Sequence record: SRR22947727_966
Reading direction: 5' to 3' (one strand)
Length of the DNA stretch: 55,526 nucleotides
The notes beneath the pieces were generated by a model that searched no databases, was not told where the DNA came from, and worked only from the letters and a program-made list of their open reading frames with translations. The position numbers were made by a program, and so were the translations under genes. This document shows positions 13,099 to 24,047 of this stretch, piece after piece (position 1 is the stretch's first letter; each line of letters starts with the position of its first letter).

Positions 13099-13533
13099 CT
13101 AATTCGCTTTCAGCAATTTTCCGATCGCAGAGCCTGCTTGAATTTCAGCAAGCCCAAAGGTGCAATAGGTCGCGGGTTGGTCAGGGATAACCCCATGATC
13201 TGCAAGTCGCTTTTGAGCAATGCTCAGAACACGACTTTTTTCCACAGGATCTTTAACAAAGGCACTCACCTCTTGCGGCGAATAGCCGAGCGATCGAGCC
13301 TCTGCCTCAAGTGATGTAATGTAAAACCAAGCCCTCAGCAGCCGTGCAGAGATACTAGGACAGGTTTCACGGACCACATTGGCCATAGAAATCGCAATCA
13401 ACCCTTTGTTGATCTCGACCTCATGCGCCAAACCCTTCGCGGCAATAGCCGGCGCCGGCACACAGCACAGCGCAAAGGCAACGGCCTTCAGCGTGATGCG
13501 CATGTCAGCAGGATATGAAGCGATCAGGGTCAT
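13099..13533 (-). CDS. DUF5333-like exported protein
   Basis: Signal-peptide-like N-terminus (..PAPAIA), CPSISAR...LGYS...YC pattern, position between nuoF and nuoG; the start may be ATG 13503. Confidence 0.7.
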   Translation of the reverse strand: MTLIASYPADMRITLKAVAFALCCVPAPAIAAKGLAHEVEINKGLIAISMANVVRETCPSISARLLRAWFYITSLEAEARSLGYSPQEVSAFVKDPVEKSRVLSIAQKRLADHGVIPDQPATYCTFGLAEIQAGSAIGKLLKAN

Positions 13534-13536
13534 GGG

Positions 13537-14832
13537 TTATTCAGCCGCCAAACCACGCAAGGGCCGGCGTTTATGGGCGATGCGCGCCTCGATATCGTCG
13601 CGGAAATGCCGGATGAGCCCTTGAATAGGCCAGGCGGCCGCATCCCCAAGGGCACAAATTGTATGGCCTTCGACTTGCTTGGTCACATCCAGCAACATAT
13701 CAATTTCCTCTGGTCCCGCATCACCGGTCACCAGCCGCTCCATCACCCTCATCATCCAGCCTGTGCCCTCGCGGCACGGGGTGCATTGGCCACAGCTTTC
13801 ATGCTTGTAGAACTTTGCCAAACGCCAAACAGCTTTGACCACATCCGTCGATTGATCCATCACAATGACGGCCGCTGTGCCGAGACCTGAACGCTGTTCG
13901 CGCAGCCAGTCAAAATCCATTATCGCATCTTGTCGCATGACTGAGCCGGGCAACATCGGCACGGAAGATCCACCCGGGATAACCGCTTTGAGATTGTCCC
14001 ACCCCCCACTGATCCCGCCGCAATGCTTATCAATCAGCTCATCGAATGAGATCGACATCGCCTCTTCCACCACACAGGGTGTATTCACGTGACCAGAAAT
14101 TGCAAAAAGTTTCGTGCCCGTATTGTTGGGACGGCCAAACCCTGAGAACCACGCACCACCGCGGCGTAAAATCGTTGGCACAACCGCAATGGATTCCACA
14201 TTGTTCACCGTGGTCGGACATCCATAAAGCCCCGCCCCTGCAGGAAAGGGAGGTTTCATCCGCGGCATGCCCTTCTTGCCCTCAAGACTCTCTAAAAGCG
14301 CGGTTTCTTCACCGCAAATATAGGCTCCCGCCCCGTGGTGCAGGTAAATGTCGAAATCCCAACCCGATTTGGCGGCATTCTTGCCAACCAACCCAGCGTC
14401 ATAGGCCTCATCAATCGCCGCCTGTAGCGCTTCGCGCTCGCGAATATACTCGCCGCGAATGTAGATATAGCATGCATTGGCATTCATCGCGAAAGAGGCA
14501 ATCAAGCAGCCTTCAATCAGCGTATGCGGATCATGACGCATAATTTCACGGTCCTTGCAGGTGCCCGGCTCGGATTCATCGGCATTCACGACCAAATAGG
14601 ACGGGCGGCCATCGCTTTCTTTTGGCATAAAGGACCACTTCAACCCCGTTGGGAAGCCTGCCCCTCCGCGGCCGCGCAGCCCGGAGGCTTTCATCTCATC
14701 AATGATCCAATCACGGCCCTTTTTGATCAAAGCGGCCGTGCCATCCCAATGGCCCCGCGCTTTGGCGCCTTTCAATGTGCGCTCATGCATCCCATAGAGA
14801 TTGGTGAAAATACGATCTTGATCTTTCAGCAT
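13537..14832 (-). CDS. nuoF: NADH-quinone oxidoreductase subunit F
   Basis: [48 protein letters not shown]. Confidence 0.98.
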   Translation of the reverse strand: MLKDQDRIFTNLYGMHERTLKGAKARGHWDGTAALIKKGRDWIIDEMKASGLRGRGGAGFPTGLKWSFMPKESDGRPSYLVVNADESEPGTCKDREIMRHDPHTLIEGCLIASFAMNANACYIYIRGEYIREREALQAAIDEAYDAGLVGKNAAKSGWDFDIYLHHGAGAYICGEETALLESLEGKKGMPRMKPPFPAGAGLYGCPTTVNNVESIAVVPTILRRGGAWFSGFGRPNNTGTKLFAISGHVNTPCVVEEAMSISFDELIDKHCGGISGGWDNLKAVIPGGSSVPMLPGSVMRQDAIMDFDWLREQRSGLGTAAVIVMDQSTDVVKAVWRLAKFYKHESCGQCTPCREGTGWMMRVMERLVTGDAGPEEIDMLLDVTKQVEGHTICALGDAAAWPIQGLIRHFRDDIEARIAHKRRPLRGLAAE

Positions 14833-14837
14833 TTCAT

Positions 14838-15065
14838 TTAGCCTTTATCTGCATCGCGGCGCGCACGCCAAATTTGAAAAGTGACAATAAGTGACCAAAC
14901 CATCGCAGCCATAACGGCCAAATCCAGCAACAGCATGTAACGGCTGGAAATATCAAGCTGCACAGCGGCCCATTGCATGGCAAGCCAAATCAGCATCGCA
15001 CCGGCGATGACCAGACTAGCTGTCCGGCCTTTCTTGGCTTGAGTATGATCTTTTTCGCTGTGCAT
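14838..15065 (-). CDS. DUF5337-like small two-TM membrane protein
   Basis: 75 aa, two hydrophobic segments, QIWRARR C-terminus, between nuoE and nuoF. Confidence 0.7.
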   Translation of the reverse strand: MHSEKDHTQAKKGRTASLVIAGAMLIWLAMQWAAVQLDISSRYMLLLDLAVMAAMVWSLIVTFQIWRARRDADKG

Positions 15066-15112
15066 TTTGTGTTCGGTCTTTCAACGCATTGTCTTTGCCA
15101 GGAGGCGATCGG

Positions 15113-15919
15113 TTACTTTGTCTCTTTCGCCTTGGCAGCTTTCGCCTTGGCGGTTTTGGGCTTTGGTGCGGCCTTTGCTTTGGCCTTCGGAGCGGCTTTC
15201 GGTTTTACAGCCTTGCCCAACCATGGGGTCAGGAGCGGCACTTCACTGCCGTCAATCCGTTTGACCGTATCCCCCAAGTCCACAGCCAATTGCACAGAAG
15301 CGTTAAACGCCGCCTTGCCCGGCTCACGGTCTTTCAAAGAGGTCAACCCCGTGGCTGGCTCCGCGGCATAGCGGCCCGATTGCGAACCGGGGGTTGGCAG
15401 CTGGCCTGCGGCCAATTGATCAATCAGATCCGCGAATTTCTCAGCGGTGAGATCTTCATAGTAATCTTTGCCAATCTGAACCATCGGCGCATTTGCGCAG
15501 GCCCCCAAACATTCCACCTCTTCCCAGCTGAACTTGCCATCTTCGGAAATAACATGGGGCTTGCTGGCAATTTTTTCTTTGCACACGGAGACCAGATCTT
15601 CTGCACCGCAAATCATGCAAGTGGTGGTGCCACAAATTTGGAAATGCGCCACCTGGCCAACGGGCTGAAGCTGGAACATGAAATAGAAGGTCGCAACCTC
15701 TAAAACCCTAATATAGGCCATGCCCAAAAGATCAGCCACCGCCTCAATCGCGGGCCGCGTCAGCCAACCTTCTTGCTCCTGGGCGCGCCACAGCAATGGG
15801 ATCACCGCGCTGGCCTGCCGGCCCTCGGGGAATTTGGTCATCTGCGCCTCTGCCCAAGCCTGGTTGGCAGGCGTGAAAGCAAAGGAGCTGGGTTGATCTG
15901 CGTGTAGACGACGAAGCAT
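15113..15919 (-). CDS. nuoE: NADH-quinone oxidoreductase subunit E
   Basis: EVATFY, CGTTTC, ECLGAC 2Fe-2S ligands; Lys/Ala-rich C-terminal tail. Confidence 0.96.
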   Translation of the reverse strand: MLRRLHADQPSSFAFTPANQAWAEAQMTKFPEGRQASAVIPLLWRAQEQEGWLTRPAIEAVADLLGMAYIRVLEVATFYFMFQLQPVGQVAHFQICGTTTCMICGAEDLVSVCKEKIASKPHVISEDGKFSWEEVECLGACANAPMVQIGKDYYEDLTAEKFADLIDQLAAGQLPTPGSQSGRYAAEPATGLTSLKDREPGKAAFNASVQLAVDLGDTVKRIDGSEVPLLTPWLGKAVKPKAAPKAKAKAAPKPKTAKAKAAKAKETK

Positions 15920-15984
15920 GTAAGGCCCTGTAATTTAAGCGTTCAAAGACGCGACATAGATTTCAAAAGGAACGGCGTGGCATC

Positions 15985-17196
15985 TCATCGGTCAATCTCT
16001 CCAAAGACCACATCCATCGTGCCAATGATTGCCGCCACATCTGCCAGCTGGTGCCCTTTGCACAGGTGATCCATCGCTTGCAGGTGCAAAAAGCCCGGTG
16101 CCTTTATCTTGCTGCGATAGGGTTTATTCGTGCCATCTGCGACCAGATACACCCCAAACTCACCCTTTGGCGCTTCAACAGCCGCATAGACTTCGCCCTC
16201 GGGAACATGGAAACCCTCGGTGTAAAGTTTGAAGTGGTGGATCAAAGCTTCCATCGACTGTTTCATCTCACCGCGTTTTGGCGGGGTCATTTTTCCGCGC
16301 GCCATGACATCTCCGGGCTCCTCGCGCAATTTACCGATGGCCTGTTTGATGATCGACACGGATTGACGCATTTCCTCCATGCGGCACAAATAGCGATCAT
16401 AACAATCTCCATTCTTGCCAACAGGAATGTCGAATTTAAACTCGTCATAGCATTCATAGGGCTGCGCCCGGCGCAAATCCCAGGCAAAGCCAGAACCGCG
16501 CACCATAACGCCACTAAAACCATATTTCTGAATGTCGTCTTCTGTCACAACGCCAATATCTGCGTTACGCTGCTTGAAAATCCGATTTTCTGTCAACATC
16601 GTATCGATGTCTTGCAAAACCGCTGGGAAGCTCTGGGCCCATTCTTCGATGTCATTGATCAGAGCATCAGGCAGATCTTGATGCACCCCGCCTGGGCGGA
16701 AATAGGCCGCATGGAGACGCGCACCGCAGGCCCGCTCATAAAAGATCATCAGCTTTTCGCGCTCTTCAAATCCCCAGGTCAAAGGCGTCATCGCCCCCAC
16801 ATCCATCGCCTGGGTCGTGACATTGAGCAAATGGTTGAGCACGCGGCCAATTTCACAATAGAGCACCCGGATCAGGCTGGCGCGGCGCGGCACTACAGTG
16901 CCGGTGAGTTTTTCAATCGCCAAACACCATGCGTGCTCCTGGTTCATTGGCGCCACATAATCAAGCCGGTCAAAATAGGGCAAGTTTTGCAGATAGGTCC
17001 GGCTTTCCATCAGCTTTTCCGTGCCACGGTGCAACAGTCCAATATGCGGATCGCAGCGCTCGACAATCTCGCCGTCCAATTCCAGCACCAAACGCAACAC
17101 ACCATGCGCCGCCGGGTGCTGTGGACCGAAGTTGATATTGAAATTGCGAATCTTTTGCTCGCCGGTCAAAGCGTCGTCAAATTTGGAGCCGTCCAT
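15985..17196 (-). CDS. nuoD: NADH-quinone oxidoreductase subunit D
   Basis: [40 protein letters not shown] 17196 after GGAGG. Confidence 0.97.
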   Translation of the reverse strand: MDGSKFDDALTGEQKIRNFNINFGPQHPAAHGVLRLVLELDGEIVERCDPHIGLLHRGTEKLMESRTYLQNLPYFDRLDYVAPMNQEHAWCLAIEKLTGTVVPRRASLIRVLYCEIGRVLNHLLNVTTQAMDVGAMTPLTWGFEEREKLMIFYERACGARLHAAYFRPGGVHQDLPDALINDIEEWAQSFPAVLQDIDTMLTENRIFKQRNADIGVVTEDDIQKYGFSGVMVRGSGFAWDLRRAQPYECYDEFKFDIPVGKNGDCYDRYLCRMEEMRQSVSIIKQAIGKLREEPGDVMARGKMTPPKRGEMKQSMEALIHHFKLYTEGFHVPEGEVYAAVEAPKGEFGVYLVADGTNKPYRSKIKAPGFLHLQAMDHLCKGHQLADVAAIIGTMDVVFGEIDR

Positions 17197-17245
17197 TATG
17201 CACCTCCTTCTTGGCCAAAGTTTTGGCCGATGATGATCTGTAGTA

Positions 17246-18142
17246 TCACGCCAGCAACTCCCGATTTTTCCGCCAATTCTCCGGCAGTTCCGCGAAATTA
17301 TCAGCAACAAAGTCGTATTGCGCCTTTAAAAACTCCAAAGCGTCCCGACGCAGGCCTTCAGGAAAAGGCGCCACAAGGCCCACATGCGCGCGCTTGATCT
17401 GGCTGGGGCTTATCGCTTCGATCCCCCAATAGGAACACATGGCGTCAAACTTGGGGCCGTCCTGCAAATTTTCCGAAAAGCCGATCTGAAACTGCGAGTG
17501 ATCGAAGACGGAGGCAAAGCGCGAGATATTCGACTTATAATCGCCCCCTATCACGATATGCGCCTCTTCTTGTTTGTATAAAACGCGCTGCAAGATATCT
17601 TGGCAGGTGAGCAAGAAATCCTGCCCCTCTTTCATACTGCGTTTGGCCACCATGCGCACATGCGACCACAAACGCTCCAGCGGATCGCGCATCAGATATT
17701 GCAGCTTTACGCGAATAGGCAGCGCTGAAATACGGGCAATCTCTGTGGGCTCAAGCAAAGCATAGGCCGGCGTGACGTCAAGCAAGACCGTCTCATCCAT
17801 ACGCCCAGCCTGCAGATACTCCAAATAGGCGGAATCGTCACTGCGCTCTGCCGAAAGCGCCATGATCAGCGCTTTGGTATCATCAATCCGGCGGCTCAAG
17901 CTGAGAATGCGGATGATATCATCCGCAGCTTCAGCCTCAATCAGACGCGCCTCATATTGCACCACAAGACGGTTCAAGACCTTCAGCTGGCGCATTAATT
18001 TCTTAGGATTAAATTTTGAAAAATAATGGCATTCCTTGACAGACCGCACATGACACGCCGCATGATCATGCAAATAGCGATACATCCAAGACGTTCCCGC
18101 CTTCGTCGCTCCCACGCAGATCAAAAGTGTCGGATCCGCCAT
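17246..18142 (-). CDS. Sulfotransferase-family protein
   Basis: 5'-PSB-like loop [14 protein letters not shown], and 3'-PB-like [11 protein letters not shown]; starts 3 nt after the nuoC stop. Confidence 0.8.
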   Translation of the reverse strand: MADPTLLICVGATKAGTSWMYRYLHDHAACHVRSVKECHYFSKFNPKKLMRQLKVLNRLVVQYEARLIEAEAADDIIRILSLSRRIDDTKALIMALSAERSDDSAYLEYLQAGRMDETVLLDVTPAYALLEPTEIARISALPIRVKLQYLMRDPLERLWSHVRMVAKRSMKEGQDFLLTCQDILQRVLYKQEEAHIVIGGDYKSNISRFASVFDHSQFQIGFSENLQDGPKFDAMCSYWGIEAISPSQIKRAHVGLVAPFPEGLRRDALEFLKAQYDFVADNFAELPENWRKNRELLA

Positions 18143-18145
18143 AGC

Positions 18146-18757
18146 TTACCCCTTGGCCCCATCAGTTTTCTCGTCACCCGGCAGCACATATTTTGCCCCC
18201 TCCCAAGGAGACATAAAGTCGAATTGACGGTATTCTTGCACCAAGGACACGGGCTCATAGACCACACGCTTTTCAGCCTCGTCATAGCGCAGTTCCGTAT
18301 AGCCGCTGGTTGGAAAATCTTTGCGCAGCGGATGGCCACGAAAGCCGTAATCGGTCAGCAATCTGCGCAGATCCGGGTGGCCAGAAAAGAGGATGCCGAA
18401 CATATCGAAAATTTCGCGCTCGAACCAATTTGCCGAAGGGTGCACCTCTACGATCGAGGCCACCATGTCATCGGCCCGCACAGAGGCCCGCAAGCGCACC
18501 CGGTGGTTCTGATACATGCTGAGCAAATGATACACGACGTCAAAGCGTTTCTCGCGGCCCGGATAATCCACCGCTGTGATATCCACCAAAGTCGAAAAGC
18601 GGCAGTTGCGGTTGGACTTCAGAAAATCAACCAACCCAACGATATTGGACGGCGCGACTTCAATGGTCAGCTCGTCAAAACTTACATCATAGGACAGCAC
18701 GCAATCGGGCCGTTTTGATGCAATCAACGCACCCAATTCTTGTAACGCCTGTGTCAT
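18146..18757 (-). CDS. nuoC: NADH-quinone oxidoreductase subunit C
   Basis: [37 protein letters not shown]; start moved to ATG 18757. Confidence 0.97.
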   Translation of the reverse strand: MTQALQELGALIASKRPDCVLSYDVSFDELTIEVAPSNIVGLVDFLKSNRNCRFSTLVDITAVDYPGREKRFDVVYHLLSMYQNHRVRLRASVRADDMVASIVEVHPSANWFEREIFDMFGILFSGHPDLRRLLTDYGFRGHPLRKDFPTSGYTELRYDEAEKRVVYEPVSLVQEYRQFDFMSPWEGAKYVLPGDEKTDGAKG

Positions 18758-18960
18758 TTCACAACTTTCTTTGCAGGAGAGGCGACACCGGCTTTCGGCG
18801 GATCCTGAGGCTGCAATGCTGCCAACGCGAACCATTCGCGTTGGACTGCCGAATCAACAAACCACACGCAGCGCGCATCCGCATGTTCACCCAATTCTTC
18901 CACAGTCATCAACGGACCACCACTCTTTAGATATACAACCGAACCAAGCTCAACTTTCAT
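18754..18960 (-). CDS. YodC/DUF2158-family small protein
   Basis: [15 protein letters not shown]...CVWF...F signature; starts 4 nt after the nuoB stop and overlaps nuoC by ATGA. Confidence 0.8.
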   Translation of the reverse strand: MKVELGSVVYLKSGGPLMTVEELGEHADARCVWFVDSAVQREWFALAALQPQDPPKAGVASPAKKVVK

Positions 18961-18964
18961 GACT

Positions 18965-19854
<890 letters not shown>

Positions 19855-19897
19855 GTTGGCTCCTTACATGCGCCGCTAGTGGCACAACATGCCGCCT

Positions 19898-19926
19898 GTA
19901 CTACGCTTCGGGCTCAAAAGGGTCAA
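19898..19926 (-). promoter_or_regulatory. Candidate sigma70 promoter of the nuo operon
   Basis: Minus strand TTGACC-N17-TAGTAC, ending 43 nt upstream of the nuoA start. Confidence 0.55.
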
Positions 19927-19931
19927 CGCCC

Positions 19932-19945
19932 GGATTGCGCAATCC
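19932..19945. promoter_or_regulatory. Perfect 14-bp palindrome GGATTGCGCAATCC, candidate regulator site
   Basis: Self-complementary sequence 5 nt upstream of the predicted nuo -35 box. Confidence 0.4.
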
Positions 19946-19979
19946 CAGCTGGTCTTATAAAAAATTTATCCAAAACCGA

Positions 19980-20765
19980 TCAACGGGCCTGCCAGCTTGG
20001 CGCAGATTTTTGGAAGAAGGCGGCAATTCCCTCCTCCGCCTCTGGGCTTTCCCATTGCGCAATCAAAGCTGTGACCGTCATTTCAATGGTCTGCGCGTCA
20101 ATGACCGGACCCAGGGCGCGCGCCAATTTTTTCGCCGCGGCCACGGCCCCCGGAGCACAGCTTAAATAGGGCGTCACCTCTGCCGTCACCGCCCGGTCAA
20201 GCGCGTCTTCGGCAACGGTCTTGGCCAAGAGCCCCAAGCTCTGCGCTTCTTGCGCAGAAAACTTGCGTGCAGACATGAACACACGCCGCGCCGCCGCCTC
20301 GCCCATGCGCGCAATCACATAAGGACCGATGGTTGCCGGAATCAGCCCAAGCTTGGTTTCCGTGAGCCCCATCCAAGCATTCTCAACCCCAATGGCCACG
20401 TCACAGATAGAGGCCAGCCCGACCCCGCCGCCAAAGGCATTGCCGTGAAGACGTCCGATCACCGGCTGCGGCAGCGTGTTCCAAGACTGCAGCATCCCCG
20501 CAAGACGTCGCGCGCCTTCTTGCCGGGTCGCACGATCCGCCTGCATCTGCGCTTGCATCCATTGCAAATCTCCACCGGCGCAAAAGCTCTTGCCGCGCGC
20601 GGCCAAAACCACGACCCGCGCCGAACTGTGGCGCAAATTTGCGGCCATTTCGGTCATCTCGTCGATCATCTGAGCAGATAAGGCGTTGTGTTTCTCGGGC
20701 CTGTTCAACCAAACCGTACAGACCCCTTGTGCATCTGTTGCGCTGTCTATCGTATCAAATTGCAT
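19980..20765 (-). CDS. liuC: Crotonase-family enoyl-CoA hydratase, likely methylglutaconyl-CoA hydratase
   Basis: LNRPEKHNAL, FCAGGDL, GGGVG, ETKLGLIPA; in the liu cluster; start moved to ATG 20765. Confidence 0.82.
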   Translation of the reverse strand: MQFDTIDSATDAQGVCTVWLNRPEKHNALSAQMIDEMTEMAANLRHSSARVVVLAARGKSFCAGGDLQWMQAQMQADRATRQEGARRLAGMLQSWNTLPQPVIGRLHGNAFGGGVGLASICDVAIGVENAWMGLTETKLGLIPATIGPYVIARMGEAAARRVFMSARKFSAQEAQSLGLLAKTVAEDALDRAVTAEVTPYLSCAPGAVAAAKKLARALGPVIDAQTIEMTVTALIAQWESPEAEEGIAAFFQKSAPSWQAR

Positions 20766-21645
20766 CTTTTGCGCCTTCTGTGCGTCCCAGAATTTTTCGT
20801 GCCAAACGCGCGGCCTGCGCCAATCCGGCGCGATCTGGCGCACCAGAGATGTCATATCCGCGGGCGATAAGATGGTCATAGACCAATTCCGTATCCACAT
20901 TGCCCTTCGCTCCAGGCGCATAGGGACAGCCGCCCAAGCCAGCAATGGAGGCATCAAAAATCCGCAATCCATAGTCGAGGGACACATCAATATTTGCCAA
21001 GGCCCGTCCCGCAGTATCATGATAATGACCGGCCAATGCTTCGGCCGGCACGACCCGCACCACAGCCTCCAACATGCGCGCCACCTGGTTAGGATAGGCC
21101 GTGCCTATGGTGTCGCCGAGGGAAATTTCGTCACAGCCCGCGCCATGCAGCAGCTCAGCAAGCCGGGCCACTTGGGAGGGGGCGACGGGCCCATCATAGG
21201 GGCATTCAGTGACGCAGGAAATATAACCGCGCAGCCGCACCCCCTCCGGCGCCTCAGCCCTGAATGTCGCAATGACGTCTTGCACACGCTCCACAGCCCC
21301 GGCGAGCGAAATATTCGTATTGGCGCGGCTAAAACCTTCGGTTGCCGCGATGAACACACAAAGCCCCCCGACCGGGGTCGCCAAAGCCGCCCGCAAACCC
21401 CGATTGTTGGGGGCCAGAGCATAGAGCTGCGCCGCGCCGGGTGTCACCCCCTCAACCACCTGCGCCGCATCTGCCATTTGCGGCACCCATTTGGGGCTGA
21501 CAAAACTGGCGCATTCGATCCGCCGAAGGCCCGCGCCCGCCAAAGCCTGCGTCAGGGCGATTTTATCCTCCGAGGAGATAAAGGCCGGTTCATTTTGAAG
21601 CCCGTCACGCGGGCCAACCTCAAAAATCTCCACCGCCTTACTCAT
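20755..21645 (-). CDS. hmgL: Hydroxymethylglutaryl-CoA lyase
   Basis: EVGPRDGLQNE, SLGDTIG, HYHDT, GLGGCPYAPGA; ATG after AGGAGG. Confidence 0.93.
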   Translation of the reverse strand: MSKAVEIFEVGPRDGLQNEPAFISSEDKIALTQALAGAGLRRIECASFVSPKWVPQMADAAQVVEGVTPGAAQLYALAPNNRGLRAALATPVGGLCVFIAATEGFSRANTNISLAGAVERVQDVIATFRAEAPEGVRLRGYISCVTECPYDGPVAPSQVARLAELLHGAGCDEISLGDTIGTAYPNQVARMLEAVVRVVPAEALAGHYHDTAGRALANIDVSLDYGLRIFDASIAGLGGCPYAPGAKGNVDTELVYDHLIARGYDISGAPDRAGLAQAARLARKILGRTEGAKDAI

Positions 21646-23576
21646 CACGCGTCCTCCTGTGCGGCTTCAATCACAGCCAAAACCACACCCGCATCCACTT
21701 GTTGATCTTGCCGCGCCGTTAAGTTTTCAACGCGGCCCGCGTGATCGGCGCAAAGCGTATGCTGCATTTTCATCGCTTCGAGCACGACAATCGGGTCTCC
21801 TGCGGCAACCTCTTGCCCCGCGCGCACGAAAACCTGTTTGACCAAGCCAGGCATCGGCGCTGTGATCGCCCCATCGCTTTGAACCGTCGCGGTACGCTCC
21901 AAGGGATCAATCACATCAAACACCAGAGTTTGCTCACCAAAGAGATAGGCTTTGCCAGCGGCCAAGACCGCAGGCCGCTGCGATAGCGTGCGCGGACCCA
22001 GCTCAAAAATTTCCCCGGCCACATCAACCACGGTCTGCCCCCCAGGGCGTAGGCTCACATGCACAGTTTGCAGCTGATCTTGATGGCGCAAAGCCAGGCT
22101 TTGGCGCAGCGGTGTGAACAGCGTGAAACCCGCATCACCCTGCCGATCTCGGCCAGTATCCAACAGCCCCATGGCGCAAAGCGCCGCTCTTGCCCAATCT
22201 TCCGGAGCCGGTGCCGGCGCGCGGGTCAACCCCTCCATATCACGCGCGATCAACCCTGTATCAAAGCTGCCGGCCACAAAATCCTCGTGCTGCAGAAGCG
22301 CAATCAAAAAATCACGATTGGTCTTGAGACCCGCGATTTGAGTCAATTTCAAGCCCCGCAGCAGCAGCCGGAGCGCGCTGACACGATCTGGGCCTGTGGC
22401 TATGAGCTTTGCGATCATCGGATCATAATAGGGCGTGACCTGCCCACCCTGCGCCACGCCTGTCTCGACACGCAATCCAGGTCCAAAGTTCAGATGATGC
22501 AACTGGCCAATCGAAGGCAGAAAACCCTGCGCGGAATCTTCGGCATAGAGCCGCGCCTCAATGGAGTGACCCTGCGCATGGATTTCATCTTGCTTCAGCG
22601 GCAACAGCCCCCCCGCCGCAACTTGCAGCTGCCAGGCCACCAAGTCTATGCCTAAAATCTCTTCGGTGACGGGGTGCTCCACCTGTAATCGCGTGTTCAT
22701 CTCCATGAAATAAAAGCTGTCTTCGTTCAGAGCGGCGCTGCCATCCACAATAAACTCAACCGTGCCTGCGCTGGCGTAACCAATGGCCTGAGCGGCGCGC
22801 ACCGCCGCCCGCCCCATCGCGTCGCGAACCGCATTTGGCATATGCGGCGCAGGCGCCTCCTCAATCACCTTTTGATGACGGCGTTGCAAAGAACAATCCC
22901 GCTCATAGAGGTGCACAGCTTTCTGCCCATCACCGAACACTTGGATTTCAATATGGCGTGGGTTGGCAATGAATTTTTCAATCAACACCCGCGCATTGCC
23001 AAAGGCGCCTTGCGCCTCTGACTGTGCCGAGGCCAGATGGGCCGCAAACTCCTCAGGCCGGTCGACACGGCGCATCCCTTTGCCGCCACCGCCCGCCACC
23101 GCCTTGATGAGAACGGGATAGCCAATCTCTGCGGCGGCTTGTTGCAGCCGCTCCAAAGACTGCGTCTCGCCGTGATATCCCGGCACAATCGGAACTCCGG
23201 CCTTTTGCATTAAAGCCTTTGCGGCATCCTTGAGCCCCATGGCCCGAATGGCCGCAGCGGGCGGGCCGACCCAGATCAGGCCCGCCTCTTGCACCGCTTG
23301 GGCAAAGTCGGGATCTTCTGACAGAAACCCATATCCCGGATGAATGGCATCTGCGCCGCGCTCTTGGGCCGCCGCGATAATCGCATCACTGCGCAAATAG
23401 CTCTCAGCTGGGCTGTGACCGCCCAGATACACCGCCTCATCACAAGACTGCACATGCAGCGCCTCTTCATCCGCCTCCGAGGCAATGGCCAAGGTGGCAA
23501 TTCCCATCTCCCGGGCAGAGCGGGCAATGCGGCAAGCAATTTCGCCGCGGTTGGCAATCAGCAGTTTTTGAATCAT
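21645..23576 (-). CDS. liuD: 3-methylcrotonyl-CoA carboxylase alpha subunit (biotin carboxylase plus biotin carrier)
   Basis: IANRGEIA, GGGGKGMR, ERDCSLQRRHQK, EMNTRLQVEH, EAMKM; liu context. Confidence 0.88.
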   Translation of the reverse strand: MIQKLLIANRGEIACRIARSAREMGIATLAIASEADEEALHVQSCDEAVYLGGHSPAESYLRSDAIIAAAQERGADAIHPGYGFLSEDPDFAQAVQEAGLIWVGPPAAAIRAMGLKDAAKALMQKAGVPIVPGYHGETQSLERLQQAAAEIGYPVLIKAVAGGGGKGMRRVDRPEEFAAHLASAQSEAQGAFGNARVLIEKFIANPRHIEIQVFGDGQKAVHLYERDCSLQRRHQKVIEEAPAPHMPNAVRDAMGRAAVRAAQAIGYASAGTVEFIVDGSAALNEDSFYFMEMNTRLQVEHPVTEEILGIDLVAWQLQVAAGGLLPLKQDEIHAQGHSIEARLYAEDSAQGFLPSIGQLHHLNFGPGLRVETGVAQGGQVTPYYDPMIAKLIATGPDRVSALRLLLRGLKLTQIAGLKTNRDFLIALLQHEDFVAGSFDTGLIARDMEGLTRAPAPAPEDWARAALCAMGLLDTGRDRQGDAGFTLFTPLRQSLALRHQDQLQTVHVSLRPGGQTVVDVAGEIFELGPRTLSQRPAVLAAGKAYLFGEQTLVFDVIDPLERTATVQSDGAITAPMPGLVKQVFVRAGQEVAAGDPIVVLEAMKMQHTLCADHAGRVENLTARQDQQVDAGVVLAVIEAAQEDA

Positions 23577-24043
23577 TTCTGCAAGCTTTCAGCGTGATAA
23601 CTGCGGTAGCGCCGCCGGAAAATAAAGTTGGGACGATCCCCTTCAAAGAGATAGAAACATCCCCCTACAACCACCAAAGCGTTGCAAAGATCGTAGTATT
23701 GCGCAGGTCCGCTCAACAGCCCCCCATAGCCCGAGGCCCCACTGAAAAAGCGGATCAGAAAAATCATCGGCACAAATAGGGCCGCCAGATAGGCCAACCT
23801 ATTGCGCAGCACGAGGCCAGCACCCGTCAAAAACAGCACGGCTCCGAAGACCAGGCGCGGCAGAGAGGCGCTGCTGCCCAGGACAATCTCAAGGCCTCCA
23901 ACAGCAACAAACCAAAGGCAGATCAGCCAGATGGCCAGACCAAAACGCCCTTTGGCATGGCCGCGCACCTGCGCCTCGGTGACATAGACCCAATGGCGGC
24001 CAAAGCTGTCCGGCTGGGTCGTCACTGTCGTTTCATCTCGCAT
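23573..24043 (-). CDS. Hypothetical membrane protein (about 4 TM)
   Basis: Hydrophobic segments; ATG 4 nt after the liuB stop and ATGA overlap with liuD. Confidence 0.7.
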   Translation of the reverse strand: MRDETTVTTQPDSFGRHWVYVTEAQVRGHAKGRFGLAIWLICLWFVAVGGLEIVLGSSASLPRLVFGAVLFLTGAGLVLRNRLAYLAALFVPMIFLIRFFSGASGYGGLLSGPAQYYDLCNALVVVGGCFYLFEGDRPNFIFRRRYRSYHAESLQK

Positions 24044-24047
24044 ATCA

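Noticed and set aside
11270..13102. Long plus-strand ORFs (257 and 352 aa) antisense to nuoG
   Set aside because: Shadow frames of a conserved gene; no motifs; explained by codon bias.
16051..17397. 448-aa plus-strand ORF antisense to nuoD
   Set aside because: Codon-register mirror of nuoD with no recognisable domain.
20686..21705. 339-aa plus-strand ORF opposite hmgL
   Set aside because: Shadow ORF over a well-supported gene.
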